DNA from: Spirochaetales bacterium
GTDB lineage: Bacteria; Spirochaetota; Spirochaetia; JABEVK01
NCBI GenBank assembly: GCA_027451945.1
Contig: DAIDHT010000035.1
Span: 2,380 to 66,379 of the forward strand
Direction of reading: 5' to 3'
DNA length: 64,000 nt
The position numbers were made by a program, and so were the translations under genes. Each line of letters begins with the position of its first letter. Position 1 is the first letter of the stretch. Positions 53,968 to 64,000 of the stretch are shown here, one piece after another. The notes under the pieces are model-generated. The model saw nothing but the letters and a program-made list of their open reading frames with translations. It was not told where the DNA came from and did no database searches.

Positions 53968-54787
53968 AAAAAATCATCAGTTTATTCTTTACCATAAGCC
54001 CGTAGGTGTTACCTCTTTTCAAGCGTTGTCGCCGTTAAAAAGGGTGTGGGGAAAGAGGCTCGGGCATACAGGAACTTTGGATCAGTTTGCTCACGGTCTA
54101 TTAGGAGTGCTTACTGGGAACCTTACAAAATTGGTTCCACTGTTGACTGGCTTAGATAAAATCTATGAAGCTGTTGTCGAATTTGGTCGGCAAACAGATA
54201 CCTTAGATCCCGACGGGGTCGTGATTTCTCATGGAAGGGTTCCAGGTTTTGAGGAACTTCAAGAAAGTTTGCTCAAATTTCAAGGCGATCTTTGGCAAAC
54301 CCCTCCAGAGTACTCCGCAGTCCATGTCAATGGCAAACGAGCTTCTCAATTAGCTCGCTCAGGTGCGAGCGTCGCTTTAGCGCCAAGAAAAATTCAAATC
54401 TTTGAGTTACAACTGCTTGATTGGACCCCCCCTTTCGCTAAGATTAGAGTTCATTGTTCAAAAGGAACTTATATTCGCGCCCTAGCGCGTGATTGGGCTT
54501 TGTCGATGGGAACTTTCGGTATGCTTACCTCTTTATTTCGTCAGCAAGTAGGGCCCTTCCTTTGTCCTGAACACCAAGAAATTTTGACGCCACGTCAGCT
54601 TTTTCAAAGTTTAAATATCCCAGTTTACACGACAGAACAGCCTGAGCAAGCCAGATTTGGGCGGCCTCCGGGGCTGTGGGGAAACTGGGACCCTGTGCCA
54701 CAGGTAGCAATCATGGACAAGGATGATAACTTGGTTGCGGTTTTAAAATGGGAAGGTGATTGGCAATATCACTTTGTCTGTGCGTAA
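53948..54787 (+). CDS. truB: tRNA pseudouridine-55 synthase TruB
   Basis: LYHKPVGVTSF and GHTGTLD (catalytic Asp). The start is ambiguous (TTG 53945, ATG 53948 or ATG 53957) and overlaps the rbfA 3' end. Confidence 0.88.
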   Translation: MKSMPNEKNHQFILYHKPVGVTSFQALSPLKRVWGKRLGHTGTLDQFAHGLLGVLTGNLTKLVPLLTGLDKIYEAVVEFGRQTDTLDPDGVVISHGRVPGFEELQESLLKFQGDLWQTPPEYSAVHVNGKRASQLARSGASVALAPRKIQIFELQLLDWTPPFAKIRVHCSKGTYIRALARDWALSMGTFGMLTSLFRQQVGPFLCPEHQEILTPRQLFQSLNIPVYTTEQPEQARFGRPPGLWGNWDPVPQVAIMDKDDNLVAVLKWEGDWQYHFVCA

Positions 54788-55536
54788 TGAAACTAACAGA
54801 ATGGTCTGATCGTAAAAACAATCGCTTAACCTCTTCTGAACCCTTCAATGCTACTATTGGCGTGTTCGATGGGATCCACCTTGGGCATCAAAGGCTCTTG
54901 CACCGACTGGCGGAATATGGAGAAAAATCTCTTGTCGTCACGTTTCGCAATAATCCTAAAGAGGTTTTACGGCCAGAGCTTTTTGGTGGACATCTGATCT
55001 CGTGGAATGAAAAACTCAGACGGCTTGAAGCTTTGAAAGTAGATGAAGTTCTTTGGATTGACTTTTCGCCGGAATTTGCTACAATGACGGCGGATGTTTT
55101 TTTGGAAACACTTCAAAAGCTGTATTCCCTAAGGAATTTGGTTTTGGGTTGGAACTTTCGTCTAGGACGTCATCCCGGTCTGGGAGTTGATGATCTGGAG
55201 CAGATATTTAAAAATGGCTCAATAGAAGTTATTGATCCAGTATTTTATCAACAGGTACCCGTATCCAGTTCAGAAGTTCGTAAAGCTGTTCATAATGGGC
55301 ATCTGTCTTTGGCTGCGCGTCTTTTGGGAAGGCCCTACCGTTTAGAAGTGCCAGAGGCAGAGTACGTTTCAGGGGGGTTTTGGGCTCCCCGAAAGGCCTG
55401 GAATCAAGTTCTTCCCAAACCAGGAAAGTATCCGATTTTTGCTGGTCAGAAATCGGTGTTAACAGTAGAAAAGGACGGGTTGTTCTGGGAGTCTCCCCTG
55501 GGGCCCGTAGCAAAAGAAATTATTTTTGAGGAGTAG
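54787..55536 (+). CDS. ribF: FAD synthetase / RibF-like protein with shortened riboflavin-kinase half
   Basis: IGVFDGIHLGHQ (nucleotidyltransferase), GWNFRLG, SSSEVRKAV and LLGRPY. ATG 54787 overlaps the truB TAA by 1 nt. Confidence 0.75.
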   Translation: MKLTEWSDRKNNRLTSSEPFNATIGVFDGIHLGHQRLLHRLAEYGEKSLVVTFRNNPKEVLRPELFGGHLISWNEKLRRLEALKVDEVLWIDFSPEFATMTADVFLETLQKLYSLRNLVLGWNFRLGRHPGLGVDDLEQIFKNGSIEVIDPVFYQQVPVSSSEVRKAVHNGHLSLAARLLGRPYRLEVPEAEYVSGGFWAPRKAWNQVLPKPGKYPIFAGQKSVLTVEKDGLFWESPLGPVAKEIIFEE

Positions 55537-55545
55537 GAGTACAAA

Positions 55546-55815
55546 ATGGCTTTAACCAAGGAAGATAAGGCTAAAATTGTCGCCGAGTTCGGCGGAAACG
55601 TTGGAAATACAGGCTCGACCGAAGTACAGGTGGCCTTATTGACAGCGCGAATCAATTATTTAACCGAGCATTTTCAAGTTGCAAAAAAAGACCACAATTC
55701 ACGTCGCGGTCTGCTGCTATTAGTAGGTCAACGGCGTCGGCTTTTAAGGTACCTCCAGAACAATAACCTGGAAGGCTATCGCGCGCTTATTGCTAAGCTC
55801 GGACTAAGAAAATAA
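55546..55815 (+). CDS. rpsO: 30S ribosomal protein S15
   Basis: [24 protein letters not shown]...[17 protein letters not shown]. Confidence 0.95.
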   Translation: MALTKEDKAKIVAEFGGNVGNTGSTEVQVALLTARINYLTEHFQVAKKDHNSRRGLLLLVGQRRRLLRYLQNNNLEGYRALIAKLGLRK

Positions 55816-55825
55816 CGAGGCTTTT

Positions 55826-57943
55826 ATGCACCAAGTCCGTATGAAAATCGGCCAAGAAGAGCTAGTTCTCGAAACGGGTCGAATGGCCAAACAGGCAAAT
55901 GGCGCGGTTTACGCAACCTACGGAGGTTCAGCAGTCTTGGCGACTGTTTGTTGTGCCTCCAGTCCCACCGAAGGGTTAGATTTCGTTCCTTTGTCTGTTG
56001 AGTATAATGAAAAATACTATGCTGCCGGAAAAATTCCCGGTGGCTTTCTTAAGCGAGAAGGGCGCCCTAAGGATAAGGAAATTTTGGTTTCCCGATTAAT
56101 TGACCGTCCTATTCGTCCGCTTTTTGATAAAAAATTTGCTCGGGAAATTCAAATTGTTCCTACAACAGTTTCTACCGATCAAATTAATCCTCCCGATGTC
56201 TTGGGAATGATAGCCGCATTTGCGGCTGTGTCTATTTCTGATATTCCTTTTGCAGGACCAGTAGGTGCTGTCCGGATTGCTAACGTCCGTGGCGAGCTGG
56301 TTGTAAACCCCACGTTCGATCAAATCGAAGCGTCTGATCTAGAAATTGTGGTGGCGGGAACAGAAGAAGGCATCACTATGGTCGAAGGGGGAGCTCAGGA
56401 GGTTCCTGAATCTTTGCTTCTTTCGGCTATTGAAATGGCAGAAGGGTACATTAAGGAACTCTGCCGTATTCAGAAAGAATTAGTCGCTATGGCAGGAAAG
56501 GCAAAATTGCCCCTACCGGTTTTTGAAGAAAAGAAACTTTCTCAAGAAAAAGCGGTTTGGGATTATGCTTACCCCAAAATGGAAGTTGCCTGTTTTGTTA
56601 AGGGCAAATTTTCTCGTGTCGATGCGATAAAAGCCGTTAGAGCAGAAGTGATCGAGCATTTTAAAGCGTCCCTCCCTGATGAAGAGCTTGGTCTTATTCC
56701 TTCTTTGATTGACGACATGGAGCGACATATTCTGCGGGAAAGTATTTTGGCCAAAGAATTGCGTTGCGACGGCCGTAATACACGTCAGATTCGCCCGATT
56801 ACTTGCGAGATTGATCTTTTGCCGAGAACCCACGGTTCCGCCTTGTTTACGCGGGGGGAAACTCAGGCCTTAGCGATTTCGACCTTGGGAACGGTCTTTG
56901 ATGAGCAGATCATGGACGATATTGACGGCGACAAGCGTGCAACATTCATGTTGCACTATAACTTCCCGCCGTTCTCAGTCGGGGAAACCGGTCGTTTATC
57001 CACAGGACGTCGCGAAATTGGTCATGGCCATTTAGCACAACGGTCTTTGCAGAATGTTCTGCCCAAGTACGAAGAATTTCCTTATACGGTCCGTGTGGTC
57101 TCTGAAATTCTTGAGTCGAATGGTTCTTCTTCGATGGCGACGGTTTGCGGTGGTTCATTGTCCTTGCTGTCAGCTGGGGTACCGATGAAACGTCCTGTTG
57201 CCGGCATTGCGATGGGCTTGGTGACCGATGGAAGTCGGTGGAAAGTCCTTTCGGATATCCTAGGTGAAGAGGACCATCTCGGTGATATGGACTTTAAAGT
57301 TGCCGGAACTGAGAAAGGTATTACTGGGTTCCAGATGGATATCAAGGTTTCGAATGTTACCCGCGAAATCATGACTCAGGCTTTGGACCAAGCTCGTGAG
57401 GGCCGAATGCATATCCTGGGAATCATGAACAAGGTCATTGAAAAACCTGCCTCGAATATTTCTGTTTATGCCCCGAAAATCCTCAAAATGAAGGTCGACC
57501 AAGACAAGATTGGGATGATCATCGGACCAGGCGGCAAAAACGTCAAAGCAATTTCGGAAGAAACTGGTGCTACTGTCAACATTGATAATGATGGCACGAT
57601 CACGATTTATAGTCGAAACCGAGAAGGTGCTGAAATTGCCCAAGCGAAAATCAAAGGCATGGTAGAAGATCCAGAAGTTGGCAGTGTTTATCTAGGCACT
57701 GTAAAACGCCTTATGGATTTTGGCGCGTTTATCGAAATTCTCCCTGGTAAGGAAGGATTATGTCACATTTCGAAGCTGGCAAAAGAACGTGTTAATGCTG
57801 TGTCTGATATTCTCAAGGAAAATCAACAAATCAAGGTTCGTCTTGTCGAAATTGATAAAATGGGCCGCTTGAATTTGAGTGTTGTTGATGTTCCCGAGGA
57901 AGAATGGTCAAAGAGGAGTGAGCGGCCCGCCCCTCGAAGGTGA
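55826..57943 (+). CDS. pnp: polyribonucleotide nucleotidyltransferase (PNPase)
   Basis: Two RNase PH domains ([17 protein letters not shown]), a KH domain (IGPGGKNVK) and an S1 domain ([17 protein letters not shown]). Confidence 0.95.
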   Translation: MHQVRMKIGQEELVLETGRMAKQANGAVYATYGGSAVLATVCCASSPTEGLDFVPLSVEYNEKYYAAGKIPGGFLKREGRPKDKEILVSRLIDRPIRPLFDKKFAREIQIVPTTVSTDQINPPDVLGMIAAFAAVSISDIPFAGPVGAVRIANVRGELVVNPTFDQIEASDLEIVVAGTEEGITMVEGGAQEVPESLLLSAIEMAEGYIKELCRIQKELVAMAGKAKLPLPVFEEKKLSQEKAVWDYAYPKMEVACFVKGKFSRVDAIKAVRAEVIEHFKASLPDEELGLIPSLIDDMERHILRESILAKELRCDGRNTRQIRPITCEIDLLPRTHGSALFTRGETQALAISTLGTVFDEQIMDDIDGDKRATFMLHYNFPPFSVGETGRLSTGRREIGHGHLAQRSLQNVLPKYEEFPYTVRVVSEILESNGSSSMATVCGGSLSLLSAGVPMKRPVAGIAMGLVTDGSRWKVLSDILGEEDHLGDMDFKVAGTEKGITGFQMDIKVSNVTREIMTQALDQAREGRMHILGIMNKVIEKPASNISVYAPKILKMKVDQDKIGMIIGPGGKNVKAISEETGATVNIDNDGTITIYSRNREGAEIAQAKIKGMVEDPEVGSVYLGTVKRLMDFGAFIEILPGKEGLCHISKLAKERVNAVSDILKENQQIKVRLVEIDKMGRLNLSVVDVPEEEWSKRSERPAPRR

Positions 57944-59217
57944 GCTCTTTGACAAGAGAATTGCTCGGCCGTCATTCGTTACGTTACGGTACTGAAATGC
58001 TCTGGGAAGTTCTGCCTGGTCACCAGGTGGCTTCCTTGGGCTTTTTTTATTCTGTTGGGTCTCGTGAAGATCCAGCGGGCAAAGAAGGCCTTGCCCACTT
58101 TGTGGAACACTTTCTCTTTAAAGGAACAAGGTCGTTTACGGCATCCACTTTAGCTCGTGAAATTGAGCGGCTTGGTGGTGAGATAAATGCCTATACTGAC
58201 CGTACGGAGATTGGATTTACCTGTACAGTTCCAGTCACCTCGTGGGAAACAGCACTCCTTGTTCTAATTGAACTTTGTTGTTTCCCTACCTTTCCGGAGC
58301 AGGAATTTCAAAAAGAAAAGAATGTAATTCTCAGTGAGATTCAATCGGCCAATGAAGATCCTGAAGAGCTTTCGTATGAATTATTTTTAAGTCGTATTCA
58401 TCCCGGACACCCCGAACTGCACCCCGTTGGTGGGACGGTTTCTAGTGTAACCCAACTAACTTTGGAAGATCTCACGACTTGGAAGGCGGAGTTTCTGCGT
58501 GATGACGCCTTGATTTTTGCCTGGGCTGGCGATTTAGATCCCATAACTGTAGGAGCACGTTTTGAACTGCTTCGTGGCGTTCGGGAACAAACCCTAGCAA
58601 AACAACGATTGCTTCCCGTTCTCAAACCCCGCACTTTTGTTGGTTACGAGAATTCTGACTTTCAGATGCTTCAGGTCATTCTAGGCTGGCATTACCCACA
58701 AAAGCCCGAGATCTCAACCTCCATGGCTTTACAAGTATTTAGCGCCTTCTGGGCCGAAACTATGATTTCACGCTTATTTCAAAACCTCAGAGAAAACTTA
58801 GGTCTTTGTTACGCCGTTGGAAGTCAGGTGTGGGAAACTGAAGATCTTAGTGGGGTTCACACCTTTTTGTCGGCGTCTCCCGAGCAGGCCAAGGAACTTT
58901 TGCTCGCTCTTAGGCTTCAGATCAAAGACCTTGAGCATCCTCCCACGCTCCAAGAATGGGAAGACGCCAAAAATGCCCTAGCCGGTTCACTACTGATAGC
59001 TTCCGAGCGCTGTGAAGCTCGAATGCTTAGGTTATTTGCGCATTGGAACCGATGGAGGCAGATCCCCGTTTGGAGCGAGACCTACCAGCAGATTCTTTCG
59101 CTGGAGAGGGAACCATTTTGGTCAATCTGGAAAAATACTTGTCAGCTGGACCAGACATCTTTGCTTTTGTGGGGCAAAGATGCCAAGAAAATCCTGAAAA
59201 AAGTTGGTTGGTCGTGA
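57940..59217 (+). CDS. M16 (pitrilysin) family zinc peptidase
   Basis: [11 protein letters not shown] (HxxEH). The GTG start overlaps the pnp stop (GTGA). Confidence 0.85.
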   Translation: MSSLTRELLGRHSLRYGTEMLWEVLPGHQVASLGFFYSVGSREDPAGKEGLAHFVEHFLFKGTRSFTASTLAREIERLGGEINAYTDRTEIGFTCTVPVTSWETALLVLIELCCFPTFPEQEFQKEKNVILSEIQSANEDPEELSYELFLSRIHPGHPELHPVGGTVSSVTQLTLEDLTTWKAEFLRDDALIFAWAGDLDPITVGARFELLRGVREQTLAKQRLLPVLKPRTFVGYENSDFQMLQVILGWHYPQKPEISTSMALQVFSAFWAETMISRLFQNLRENLGLCYAVGSQVWETEDLSGVHTFLSASPEQAKELLLALRLQIKDLEHPPTLQEWEDAKNALAGSLLIASERCEARMLRLFAHWNRWRQIPVWSETYQQILSLEREPFWSIWKNTCQLDQTSLLLWGKDAKKILKKVGWS

Positions 59218-60707
59218 ACAAGATTCTAGGGCCCACCATCGGTTTTGTGTTTTTATTCCTTTCCTGTCTAACAGCACCCCGCATGCAGGCGCCTCCAGTT
59301 TGGCTGTCTACCCCCCATAAGTTTAGCGCCTCCGATTCTAAGCGAGACGCCACTATTCTTTTACCCCCCGAAAGTTTTGTTACAACGCCATATCATCTGG
59401 TTAACCTTGCGGCCAACCCGCTCTATCACCCTCAGCAACACTTACCCCCCAGTCGCTTCATGTCTCAACATTTTCTCGATTGGCAAAAGATTTTTTCAAC
59501 GTTGGATTTAGGAAAAAAGATTGTTCTTTTGCAACACTTGACCAATTTGTCACACGATTTTCCTGAAAACTATTGGGCAGCGAAGTTTCTATACGAGTTG
59601 TATTTTCAAGCTCACATCCCGCAAGAAGCAGAACGCTGGCTGTTTAAGGCGAAAGAGTTCTATCCAAATTCCGAAGATGCCATTCTCTTGGCCTGGCTTC
59701 AGGCTTTTGAGCTTAATCTTGATTCTAATCAAGTAAAAAAAAGTTTCGACCAAGTAGATCCCCAACAACTTTCACCTTCAGGTCGGATGCTTTACCGTAT
59801 GGTTCTTCTCAAGCTCAATTTTCGAGAGCTTTCCCTCACAAATATTGGACTTGACCCTCACGTGTCAGATCTCGAAATTGATCGGGATGATTTATGGGTT
59901 GCAACTTGGGACGGCGGTTTGGCGCGCTACTCCGTTCCGACACAAACATGGAAAGTATTTTGGAAACCACAGACTGAGGTTTCACCGATCAAACAAGTGT
60001 GCGTTACAAAATGGTTTGTTTACGTTTTTCAAGACGCGGTGATGTCTCGGTACAGTAAGGTTACCGAAACCTGGCGAACGTTTTCGTACCCCGAAGGTTG
60101 GGGTGGTCTTAGGGTAGAAGCTGTGATTCCCTTGGATGAACAAACTCTCTTGGTAGCTCATCTGGGGCAAGGACTTTGGGAATGGAAAGAGGGGGTATGG
60201 AATAACTTATCTCAAGCTCTGCCAACCCCCTTTTTGACCGCACTTTCTCCGGCTAACCAGGGTGGGTGGTGGGTTGGAACACAGGATAAGGGAGGGGGCT
60301 GGCTGTCAGCGGATTTTCAAAACTTTACTCCGTGGGCAAAAGGTCCAAAGGATGTTACCTTTATTCTGGATCATAAGGGATTCTTGTATACGGGGAGTTA
60401 TGGTCAAGGGCTTTGGGTTGGCGAGCCTGCCGATTTAGTTCGCTTACCGAAGGCCCCGAACTATGTCGTAAAAGGTTTACTTCAACCGGTAGCCTCAAAA
60501 AGTGACACCAAAGATTCGTCGGTTGTTTTCTGGGGGGGCACCTTGGACCATGGCAGCTTTCGTTGGGATGGCAAAACTTGGACGACGTATTCCTCAGCTG
60601 AGGGGTTTCCTTTTTCTGATGTTACAGCCCTTGCCTGGGAGGGGTCACATGTTTGGTGGGGGAGTATGAACGACGGGTTAGGAGGATGGCTTGACAGGTC
60701 GCCTTGA
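59214..60707 (+). CDS. putative lipoprotein with helical N-terminal half and beta-propeller (Reg_prop-like) repeats
   Basis: GTG 59214 overlaps the peptidase stop. Lipobox-like signal end FLFLSC. Repeats WVATWDGGLARY, WWVGTQDKGGGW, LYTGSYGQGLWVG, VWWGSMNDGLGGW. The ORF-track start at 59043 lies inside the upstream gene. Confidence 0.65.
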   Translation: MNKILGPTIGFVFLFLSCLTAPRMQAPPVWLSTPHKFSASDSKRDATILLPPESFVTTPYHLVNLAANPLYHPQQHLPPSRFMSQHFLDWQKIFSTLDLGKKIVLLQHLTNLSHDFPENYWAAKFLYELYFQAHIPQEAERWLFKAKEFYPNSEDAILLAWLQAFELNLDSNQVKKSFDQVDPQQLSPSGRMLYRMVLLKLNFRELSLTNIGLDPHVSDLEIDRDDLWVATWDGGLARYSVPTQTWKVFWKPQTEVSPIKQVCVTKWFVYVFQDAVMSRYSKVTETWRTFSYPEGWGGLRVEAVIPLDEQTLLVAHLGQGLWEWKEGVWNNLSQALPTPFLTALSPANQGGWWVGTQDKGGGWLSADFQNFTPWAKGPKDVTFILDHKGFLYTGSYGQGLWVGEPADLVRLPKAPNYVVKGLLQPVASKSDTKDSSVVFWGGTLDHGSFRWDGKTWTTYSSAEGFPFSDVTALAWEGSHVWWGSMNDGLGGWLDRSP

Positions 60708-61944
60708 ACGCTACGTCTTCCGAGAGGTCTTGTTCTCTTTTTCAGTTAGTTTTCTCTTCTTTTTTCTGGTCTTTTTTTTGAATCAGATTCTTTTGATGGG
60801 CGAACAAATTCTCTCAAAAAAAGCCCCTTTTCAAGATGTCCTTTTACTCATGATTTTTTCCCTACCAGCAGTCATTGCGTTAGCGGCACCTTTTGCAGCC
60901 TTGGTAGGGGTGCTTTTAGCAATGGGCCGTTTATCGGGAGAACGAGAGGTTTTGGCGGCTCAAGCCTGTGGTGTCCCACCAGCTCGATTACTCTTCCCCA
61001 ATATTTTGTTAGGGCTTTTGTTTACGTTACTTTCCTTTGGGGCTAACGATATTCTATTGCCCATAGGAACATTAAATTTTGGCAAAGTCTATCGTCATGT
61101 ACTTTTATCGACCCCCGAACTGGAATTGGGGGCGTATGCTGTCAAAGCCTATAAAAACGCCTTAATTGTCACAGGAGCGGTAGACGCCCATGGTGTACAT
61201 AGTCTTTTGATTCTGGATAAGGATGCCTCAAACAACAGTCGACTTTTAGCTGCACAACAAGGTCAGGTGCGCGAGGACCCTGGTAAACCCGGTGTTTTAA
61301 CCATCCATTTGCAAAACGTCACTGGGATTGTTCCTGACGAACACAATGATGCAGAATTTTCTACCTTTCAAGCCCGCTCCTTAGATTATAATATAATTCT
61401 GCAAGAGATGACGGGGGCACTGCCTACCATAGGCCCCCGGGAAATGAGCAGTGTGGATTTGGCGGCCAAGATTCATCAACGTGATTTACACATGAATACC
61501 CTCTTGCGACAGGATCAAAGTGAACTTCGTCGTGTTAACGATGAAATAGCGCAAACCTATTGGCAGTCCGCCGGTAGCGATGTCGAAGCGAAACTTAATG
61601 GCTTATGGAACACGCAACAGATTGATCGGCAGAAAGTTCGAGAAGATCGTCAAGACAAAACTCTTCAAAGTTGGAAAACGGAATTTTATCAAAAGTTCTC
61701 GATTCCGCTCGCCTGCCTTTGCTTTATCTTTTTAGGATTTCCTTTAGCGCTTTACCAACTTAGCCGTGGAATCACTGCTGTTTTGGGAGCTGGTTTGTTT
61801 GTTGCGATTCTTTATTGGGCCAGCCTTTTAGGAGCGCGGTATGTAAGTTTGGAATTGAACTGGTGGCCCGAACTTGCGCTGTTTTTACCCAACCTTCTCA
61901 TCTTAGCGGGAGGCGCCTTTATGCTTGCGAGGATGCGTTCATGA
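60691..61944 (+). CDS. lptF: LptF/LptG-family LPS export permease (first of pair)
   Basis: LERYVFREVLFSF start, six hydrophobic segments and a central periplasmic beta-jellyroll-sized insert. AGGAGGA Shine-Dalgarno before the TTG start. Confidence 0.78.
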   Translation: MTGRLERYVFREVLFSFSVSFLFFFLVFFLNQILLMGEQILSKKAPFQDVLLLMIFSLPAVIALAAPFAALVGVLLAMGRLSGEREVLAAQACGVPPARLLFPNILLGLLFTLLSFGANDILLPIGTLNFGKVYRHVLLSTPELELGAYAVKAYKNALIVTGAVDAHGVHSLLILDKDASNNSRLLAAQQGQVREDPGKPGVLTIHLQNVTGIVPDEHNDAEFSTFQARSLDYNIILQEMTGALPTIGPREMSSVDLAAKIHQRDLHMNTLLRQDQSELRRVNDEIAQTYWQSAGSDVEAKLNGLWNTQQIDRQKVREDRQDKTLQSWKTEFYQKFSIPLACLCFIFLGFPLALYQLSRGITAVLGAGLFVAILYWASLLGARYVSLELNWWPELALFLPNLLILAGGAFMLARMRS

Positions 61945-63017
61945 GGATCTTGACCAAATACCTTTTGAGCCAGTTTCTTCTCGTGGCGTTATTGGCCTTA
62001 GCGTTTTTTGTTTTAAGCCTCAGCCTGGCCGACCTTTTGATGGATCTTAGTAAGTTTGCTTCCAATCCTGTGATGACCTTTTCTAAAATTGTGTGGCTGA
62101 CGGTACTCTACATTCCTCAAACGGTATCTTACGCCTTAGCACCGTCGCTCTTATTTGCCGTGTCTTTTGCCTTAGGGACCATGTATGGCCATAACGAGCT
62201 GATCATGGTGTTCAGCTCGGGTATTTCGCTTTTTCGCCTAACGGTACCTCTTTTTTTGGTAGGACTCTTTGCGAGTGTCTTTCTATTCTTTTGGAATGAT
62301 CGTGGCGTCATTCCTACGATGAGAGAAAAAAACTCTCTGACGCGCGAAGCGTTGGGGCTTTCTAGCTTGAGTAATACTAACGTTGCGGTGTTGACGGATA
62401 AGGGAAAGGTTTTAATGAGCGCGGCTTTTTATGACGATGCCGCAAAACGGTTGTCTAATGTTGTGCTTGTCTTTCGACATGCCGATGGTAGCTTGGAATC
62501 ACGGCTGGATGCCGCCTGGGGAACCTGGAACGGAAAGACCTGGATCTTTCACAACGCTCAGCGATATGTGATTGATTCAGCCGGCAACGTAACTGAAACC
62601 TCAGTAAAGGAGTGGCAAAGTCCTGAAACGTCGGAGCCCCCGGTCAGTTTTCAGCGAAAAACCCAAGACGTTTCCGAGATGACGTTTAATCAAGCAGGGA
62701 ATTTTGTCGCTTCGTTAAAACGAGGCGGTTTACCTTACCGAGAAGTAGAAACCGACTATCTGCAACGCCTTTCTTTTTCACTGGGACCGTTTGTGGTAAT
62801 ATGGATTTCTGCCGCTATTGGCGGGAGATTTCGGAAAAACATTCTGCTTATGAGTCTTTTAACAAGCTTGCTTGTTTCTTCTGCCTATATCATTCTGCAA
62901 ATGATTTTCGGTCTTCTGGCCAAGACAGGGTACTTGCCCCCTTGGTTAGGGGCAGGTTCCGGCGTAGTCGTTGGTACTGCAGCCGGTCTGTACTTATTTT
63001 GGCACGCCAGAACGTAA
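61941..63017 (+). CDS. lptG: LptF/LptG-family LPS export permease (second of pair)
   Basis: MRILTKYLLSQFL start. ATGA overlap with the preceding permease. The ORF-track start at 61815 lies inside lptF. Confidence 0.78.
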   Translation: MRILTKYLLSQFLLVALLALAFFVLSLSLADLLMDLSKFASNPVMTFSKIVWLTVLYIPQTVSYALAPSLLFAVSFALGTMYGHNELIMVFSSGISLFRLTVPLFLVGLFASVFLFFWNDRGVIPTMREKNSLTREALGLSSLSNTNVAVLTDKGKVLMSAAFYDDAAKRLSNVVLVFRHADGSLESRLDAAWGTWNGKTWIFHNAQRYVIDSAGNVTETSVKEWQSPETSEPPVSFQRKTQDVSEMTFNQAGNFVASLKRGGLPYREVETDYLQRLSFSLGPFVVIWISAAIGGRFRKNILLMSLLTSLLVSSAYIILQMIFGLLAKTGYLPPWLGAGSGVVVGTAAGLYLFWHART

Positions 63018-63045
63018 GGAAGGCGAGCTTGCGCGAGGTTCTCTT

Positions 63046-64000
63046 TTGCTGACAATACAACATCAAGACGCTCATTCTTCGGCACGAACGGCCGTGATGA
63101 AATTGCCTCATGGCCCTGTACCGCTCCCAACGTTTATGCCCGTGGGTACGAATGGCAGTGTCAAAGCCATGCATCACTCAGCAGTCGAGGCTATGGGCAC
63201 AAAATTAATTCTGGCCAACACTTATCATCTTTATCTGCGGCCCGGTCCCGAGGTCATCAAAGCGGGGGGAGGCTTGCATCGATTTACCTCGTGGAAGCAC
63301 AACTATTTAACAGATTCGGGGGGCTTTCAGGTTTTTTCTTTAGCTCCGTTTCGAAAAATTTCACAAGAGGGTGTGCGCTTTCGTTCCCATATTGATGGGG
63401 CTTATCATCAACTGACGCCCGAAAAAGTTGTCGATCTTCAAGCCATTTTTGGCAGTGACATTTTGATGCCCCTGGATGTTTGTAGTGCCCCCGAAGCGAC
63501 TTATCGAGAAGCAGAAAAAGCACTCGAAATTACCACCCATTGGGCTCAACGAAGTGTTACCCGCTGGAAAGAGTATCGCGAAACGTATGAGGGGAAACTC
63601 TTTGGGATCGTTCAAGGGCATTTTTATCAGGATTTGCGCCGACGTAGTGCTCAAGAAATTCTTGAACTTGATACATCTGGTGTGGCGATAGGTGGTCTTT
63701 CGGTGGGTGAGGCTCCTGAAGTTTTTGAGGAGCTCACGGCGTTTACTGCCGATTTGTTGCCACGAGATAAGCCAAGGTACCTGATGGGGATTGGCACGCC
63801 AGATTACATTTTAACGGCTGTTGCTCACGGCATCGATATGTTTGATTGTGTATATCCCACAAGAATCGCACGTAATGGTGCTGTTTTCACTGAGGATGGG
63901 GTGATCGACCTTAAAAAAAGTCGCTTTGAGAAAGATTTTCGTCCTATTCAAGAGGATTGTACCTGCCAAGCTTGTCAAAATTACAGTCGTGCCTTTTTAA
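63046..64000 (+). CDS. tgt: queuine tRNA-ribosyltransferase Tgt (3' end beyond window)
   Basis: Not in the ORF track because it runs off the window. My frame-1 translation gives ARTAVMKLPHGPVPLPTFMPVGT, LANTYHLYLRPG, TDSGGFQVFSL and EDCTCQACQNYSRAFL. TTG 63046 has a GAGG Shine-Dalgarno. Confidence 0.9.
   Translation, partial: MLTIQHQDAHSSARTAVMKLPHGPVPLPTFMPVGTNGSVKAMHHSAVEAMGTKLILANTYHLYLRPGPEVIKAGGGLHRFTSWKHNYLTDSGGFQVFSLAPFRKISQEGVRFRSHIDGAYHQLTPEKVVDLQAIFGSDILMPLDVCSAPEATYREAEKALEITTHWAQRSVTRWKEYRETYEGKLFGIVQGHFYQDLRRRSAQEILELDTSGVAIGGLSVGEAPEVFEELTAFTADLLPRDKPRYLMGIGTPDYILTAVAHGIDMFDCVYPTRIARNGAVFTEDGVIDLKKSRFEKDFRPIQEDCTCQACQNYSRAFL

Noticed and set aside
59043-59213. Upstream extension of the propeller-protein ORF; similarly 61815-61940 for lptG, 36298-36375 for exbD, 3109-3165 for csrA and 54760-54786 for ribF
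   Set aside because: Each extension lies inside the preceding same-strand gene. The homologous or signal-peptide-bearing N-termini begin at the downstream start, which overlaps or abuts the upstream stop.
1-64000. Search by eye for tRNA/rRNA genes, CRISPR repeats, IS elements or transposases, integrases, toxin-antitoxin pairs and known defence-system signatures
   Set aside because: No intergenic gap exceeds about 110 bp and none shows tRNA-like T-arm motifs. I saw no spaced direct repeats and no recombinase or nuclease gene families. The window appears to be core chromosome rather than an accessory island.

Overview
This 64 kb window looks like densely packed core chromosome of a flagellated diderm bacterium. 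The gene order flgK-flgL-fliW-csrA and tamB-bamA-skp resembles spirochaetes, but that taxonomic guess is low confidence. I call about 60 protein-coding genes. They cover the flagellar hook-filament junction and the CsrA/FliW switch, translation and RNA metabolism (glnS, pth, the rimP-nusA-infB-rbfA-truB-ribF-rpsO-pnp string, a DEAD-box helicase, tex), tRNA modification (miaB, mtaB, queG, tgt), redox stress (ahpC, hslO, a Fur/PerR-family regulator), c-di-GMP and two-component signalling, DNA repair (mutS, rarA, radC) and outer-membrane biogenesis (ExbB/ExbD/TonB-like proteins, tamB, bamA, skp, lptF/G). I found no rRNA, tRNA, CRISPR array, transposase, integrase or obvious defence island. Four observations stand out. 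(1) At about ten operon-leading genes without a Shine-Dalgarno, a -10-like TAnnnT hexamer sits exactly 6-7 nt upstream of the start codon, implying leaderless mRNAs. (2) An ExbB/ExbD/TonB-like proton-motive-force (PMF) motor is packed co-directionally with tamB-bamA-skp. (3) A 45-aa very basic ORF missing from the ORF track has its own promoter, Shine-Dalgarno and terminator. (4) Several domain-architecture oddities: a RarA fusion, a pseudo-kinase flanked by two receiver domains, a truncated RibF kinase half and a NusA zinc ribbon. All functional calls come from motif recognition by eye; no database search was run.
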